Origin: an uncultured Pelagibacteraceae bacterium
Lineage (GTDB): Bacteria; Pseudomonadota; Alphaproteobacteria; Pelagibacterales; Pelagibacteraceae
NCBI GenBank assembly: GCA_902609705.1
Contig: CACLSX010000001.1
Span: 17,271 to 81,270, forward strand
Length of the DNA: 64,000 nucleotides
Reading direction: 5' to 3'
Shown here: positions 61,070 through 64,000 of the stretch, piece after piece
Numbering within the stretch: position 1 is the first letter of the stretch
Layout of the letters: every line of letters begins with the position of its first letter
The notes under the pieces: model-generated
The model's input: the letters and a program-made list of their open reading frames with translations, nothing else
Database searches by the model: none
Told to the model about the DNA's origin: nothing
Position numbers and translations under genes: made by a program

Positions 61070-62031
61070 TGACTAATTTAAAATTAATAAATATAAACAA
61101 TCAAATTCAAGATGATAAAAAATTAATCTTACAAGGATTATTAAATAAAAAACAAAAATATTTACTACCTAAATATTTTTATGATGAAAAGGGTTCGAAG
61201 TTATTTAATAAAATTACAAACCTTAAAGAATATTACCCAACAAATAAAGAGTTAGAAATACTAGGCAACTTACAAAAAGAGATAAGAAAGAAATTACCAA
61301 TTAATTCAACAATTGTAGAATTTGGTAGTGGCTCAAATAAAAAAATTAATAAATTTATAAAATCATTAAGTGAACCCAAGGAATACATACCTATAGATAT
61401 TAGTAAGGAATATTTGTTTGAGAATGCATCAATAATTGCAAAAAAATTCTCAGATTTAAAAGTAACAGCAATATGTGCTGACTTTAGTCAGACAAATAGA
61501 TTAAATAAAATTTTAAAAAATAAAAAAAAAATAGTCAGTTTTTTCCCTGGATCGACCATAGGAAATTATTTACCTAAAAATGCAAAAAAAATATTAAAAA
61601 ATTTTTCAAAAATCATAGGTAAAAATTCTTATTTAGTGATTGGGGTAGATTTAATCAAAAATAAGAAGACCCTTGAAAATGCTTATAATGATAAATTGGG
61701 AGTAACAGCTAAATTTAATAAAAATATATTAAATGTAGTAAACAAAATTTGTAATTCAAAATTTCAAACGAAAGATTTTGAACATAAAGCGTTCTACAAT
61801 TTAAAAAAAAATAGAATTGAAATGCATCTTATTTCAAAAAAAAATTTCACGTTAAAAATTAATAAAAAGAATATCAAATTTACTAAAAACGAAACTATTC
61901 ATACTGAAAATTCTCACAAATATTCAAAAAATAACTTTGTTAAATTAGTTAATAAATCAGGCTTTAAAGTCTTAAAACATTTTACAGATAAAAAAAATTA
62001 TTTTGGAGTTTTTTTATTAAAAGTGAAGTAA
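61069..62031 (+). CDS. egtD: L-histidine N-alpha-trimethyltransferase
   Basis: KYFYDEKGS.LF, EYYPT, VEFGSG, FPGSTIGN, AYND..GVTA.FN.N, IHTENSHKY; GTG start overlapping the egtB stop. Confidence 0.9.
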   Translation: MTNLKLININNQIQDDKKLILQGLLNKKQKYLLPKYFYDEKGSKLFNKITNLKEYYPTNKELEILGNLQKEIRKKLPINSTIVEFGSGSNKKINKFIKSLSEPKEYIPIDISKEYLFENASIIAKKFSDLKVTAICADFSQTNRLNKILKNKKKIVSFFPGSTIGNYLPKNAKKILKNFSKIIGKNSYLVIGVDLIKNKKTLENAYNDKLGVTAKFNKNILNVVNKICNSKFQTKDFEHKAFYNLKKNRIEMHLISKKNFTLKINKKNIKFTKNETIHTENSHKYSKNNFVKLVNKSGFKVLKHFTDKKNYFGVFLLKVK

Positions 62032-62039
62032 GTTTTATT

Positions 62040-62669
62040 ATGGCTCAAAAAGACGTAGGTAACAAAATTCCCATCTATAAGCTAAAAGACACTGATGAAG
62101 TAATGAAATATTATGATGAGTGGGGAGATGGTAATAAATATGATAAGGATATGGTCGATTGGAATTACACAGGACCAAAAGAAACAACAAAAGTATTTTC
62201 AGAATTTCAAAAAAACAAAGATGCAAAAATTTATGATGCTGGTTGTGGAACTGGATTGGTAGGTGTTGAATTAAAAAAATATGGTTTTAAAAATTTTTAT
62301 GGGGCAGATCTTTCAAAAAAGTTATTAGAATTAGTACCAAATGATCTTTACAAAAAGCTTGAACAAGTAGACTTGAATAAACCCATTAATAAAAAAGATG
62401 ACGAATACGACTCTGTTATGTGTGTTGGTACATTTACTTTTGGACACGTAAAGCCACCAGCTTTGGAGGAATTTATCAGGATTACAAAGAATGATGGATT
62501 TATCTGTTTTACTATTAATGAGGGAATACATGAAGAATATGGTTTTGATAAAAAAATTGAACAACTTAAAGAGCAAAATAAATGGAAAGAAATAAAATTT
62601 TTTAAATCAGATTACATTGCGAGCAAAGATGTAAATGCTTGGTTAGGGTTATATCAAGTGATAAAATAA
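62040..62669 (+). CDS. Class I SAM-dependent methyltransferase
   Basis: YDEW, DAGCGTGLVG, GADLS, CVGTFTFGHV. Confidence 0.88.
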   Translation: MAQKDVGNKIPIYKLKDTDEVMKYYDEWGDGNKYDKDMVDWNYTGPKETTKVFSEFQKNKDAKIYDAGCGTGLVGVELKKYGFKNFYGADLSKKLLELVPNDLYKKLEQVDLNKPINKKDDEYDSVMCVGTFTFGHVKPPALEEFIRITKNDGFICFTINEGIHEEYGFDKKIEQLKEQNKWKEIKFFKSDYIASKDVNAWLGLYQVIK

Positions 62670-62672
62670 ACC

Positions 62673-63848
62673 ATGTCAGAAATTTACAATATTATAGATA
62701 AACAAAAGTTAGATATTGTATCTAAACCAATTAGTGAAGCTCATGGTTTACCAAATGAATGTTACATCAGTAAAGAATATACTTTAATTGAAAGAAAAAA
62801 ATTATTTGAAGATAAGTGGATCGTCATTGGAGTTGGAAGTTCTATTCCAGATGAAGGTGATGTGAAACCAATTGATTTACTTGGAATACCCTTGCTTATT
62901 GTTAGAACAAAAAATAAAGAAATAAAAGTTTTTCATAATATTTGTAGTCATAGAGGAGTTAAATTAGTTAAAGAAGCTGGCAAAATTAGAAATGTCATGA
63001 GATGCTTATATCATTCATGGTCTTATGACTTAGAAGGAAAATTAATTGCTACACCTCATATAGGAGGCATGAATATCCATCAAACACCTGAATTTGATAA
63101 ATCAAAAAGTAATTTAAAAGAGATAAGATCATATATTTGGTTAGATCTAATTATGATTAATATTAATAACAATGAAATTTCATTTGAGGATTACATTAGT
63201 CCTTTAAGTGAAAGATGGGAAAAATTTTGGCCATTGAAAGATAGAGATTTAATTTATCATGCAAACGACTATGGTTATTTTAAATTAGATGCAAAATGTA
63301 ATTGGAAATTTGCAATTGAAAATTATTGTGAAAGCTATCATTTGCCTTGGGTTCATCCAGGATTAAATTCTTATTCAAAATTAGAAGATCATTATCATAT
63401 TCAAGGTCTTCCAAATCGTTTCGCCGGACAAGGAACAGTGGTCTATAATCCAAGGTTTGAAGGAAAAGAAAAGTTCCCATGCTTTCCTAGTTGGCCTAAA
63501 GATAAGGAAAATATAGCTGAGTATGTAGCGCTATTCCCAAATGTAATGTTAGGAATTCACAAAGATCATTATTATGCTTATTGGTTAGAGCCAGTCAATC
63601 ATGAGTATACAATAGAACATATGGAAATTTATTATGTTGGAGATGAAGCAGCAAATTCAACAAAGTATAAATCTCTAAGACAAAAAAATCACAAACAATG
63701 GGAAGATATTCAAAAAGAAGATGTAGATATAATTCAAAGTATGCAAATAGGTAGAAACTCTCCAGCTTATAATGGTGGTAATTTTTCTCCAAAGATGGAC
63801 AATCCAACTCATCATTTTCATAAGTGGGTTGCTGGTAATTTAATTTAA
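62673..63848 (+). CDS. Rieske non-heme iron oxygenase alpha subunit (choline monooxygenase/GbcA-like)
   Basis: CSHRG...CLYHSW Rieske motif; NWK...ENYCESYH...VH and ED iron ligands. Confidence 0.88.
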   Translation: MSEIYNIIDKQKLDIVSKPISEAHGLPNECYISKEYTLIERKKLFEDKWIVIGVGSSIPDEGDVKPIDLLGIPLLIVRTKNKEIKVFHNICSHRGVKLVKEAGKIRNVMRCLYHSWSYDLEGKLIATPHIGGMNIHQTPEFDKSKSNLKEIRSYIWLDLIMININNNEISFEDYISPLSERWEKFWPLKDRDLIYHANDYGYFKLDAKCNWKFAIENYCESYHLPWVHPGLNSYSKLEDHYHIQGLPNRFAGQGTVVYNPRFEGKEKFPCFPSWPKDKENIAEYVALFPNVMLGIHKDHYYAYWLEPVNHEYTIEHMEIYYVGDEAANSTKYKSLRQKNHKQWEDIQKEDVDIIQSMQIGRNSPAYNGGNFSPKMDNPTHHFHKWVAGNLI

Positions 63849-63863
63849 AGTTAAAACCTAAAA

Positions 63864-64000
63864 ATGAAAATTATATTAATCATGGGACTCCCAGGCGCAG
63901 GAAAAACTACATTAGCTGATGAACTTGCTCCTTTATTGAATGCAAAAAGATTAAATGCAGATGAAGTAAGAAAAGCTGCAAACGATTGGGATTTTTCAGA
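63864..64000 (+). CDS. P-loop kinase (adenylylsulfate-kinase-like), 3'-truncated
   Basis: MKIILIMGLPGAGKTTLA...NADEVRK...DWDFS; not in the ORF track. Confidence 0.7.
   Translation, partial: MKIILIMGLPGAGKTTLADELAPLLNAKRLNADEVRKAANDWDFS

Noticed and set aside
59852-62669. Selenoneine (senA) or ovothiol (ovoA) biosynthesis
   Set aside because: No senB glycosyltransferase or selD nearby; the sulfoxide synthase has no fused methyltransferase and is paired with a clear EgtD
5753-63807. Numerous 60-135 aa antisense or alternate-frame ORFs in the track (e.g. 14238-14603, 18803-19165, 50874-51281, 62038-62226)
   Set aside because: All lie within well-supported genes and show no motifs; treated as shadow ORFs
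1-64000. CRISPR arrays, tRNA/rRNA, IS elements, prophage, tandem DNA repeats
   Set aside because: None seen; intergenic gaps are mostly under 150 nt and contain only promoters or hairpins. Short ncRNAs cannot be excluded without a covariance-model scan.

Overview
Very AT-rich, densely packed alphaproteobacterial DNA with many TAATG stop/start overlaps and tiny intergenic gaps. The gene content and style fit a SAR11/Pelagibacterales chromosome (inferred, not searched). About 1-13 kb is mostly housekeeping: ureohydrolase, ALDH, argE, csaA, LysE, acnA, yfgM-bamB-like, zapE, yjbQ, photolyase. About 13-64 kb is a methylated-amine/one-carbon superlocus: tmm, tmoXWV-type ABC transporter, tdm, two gamma-glutamyl-amide-synthetase-like GS paralogs, a glxBCD/mgsABC-like trio, an atypical Amt, soxBDAG/mgd, fhs, a GcvT-like demethylase with metF, and a Rieske oxygenase. 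It is interrupted by a sugar-ABC/GH63 cassette and an egtB-egtD pair. The most interesting signal is that no recognisable dimethylamine monooxygenase/dehydrogenase is present. Instead, the genes directly downstream of tdm (wHTH protein, FAD oxidoreductase, second GS-like ligase, Fe-S-motif-bearing Mgs-like trio, unknown 136-aa protein, divergent Amt with a small partner) could form an undescribed glutamylation-based dimethylamine route. Two small ORFs missed by the ORF track were found: a 55-aa CxxC/CxxC protein and a 35-aa membrane peptide. I saw no rRNA, tRNA, CRISPR array, integrase or transposase. All family calls come from motif recognition by eye, not from database searches.
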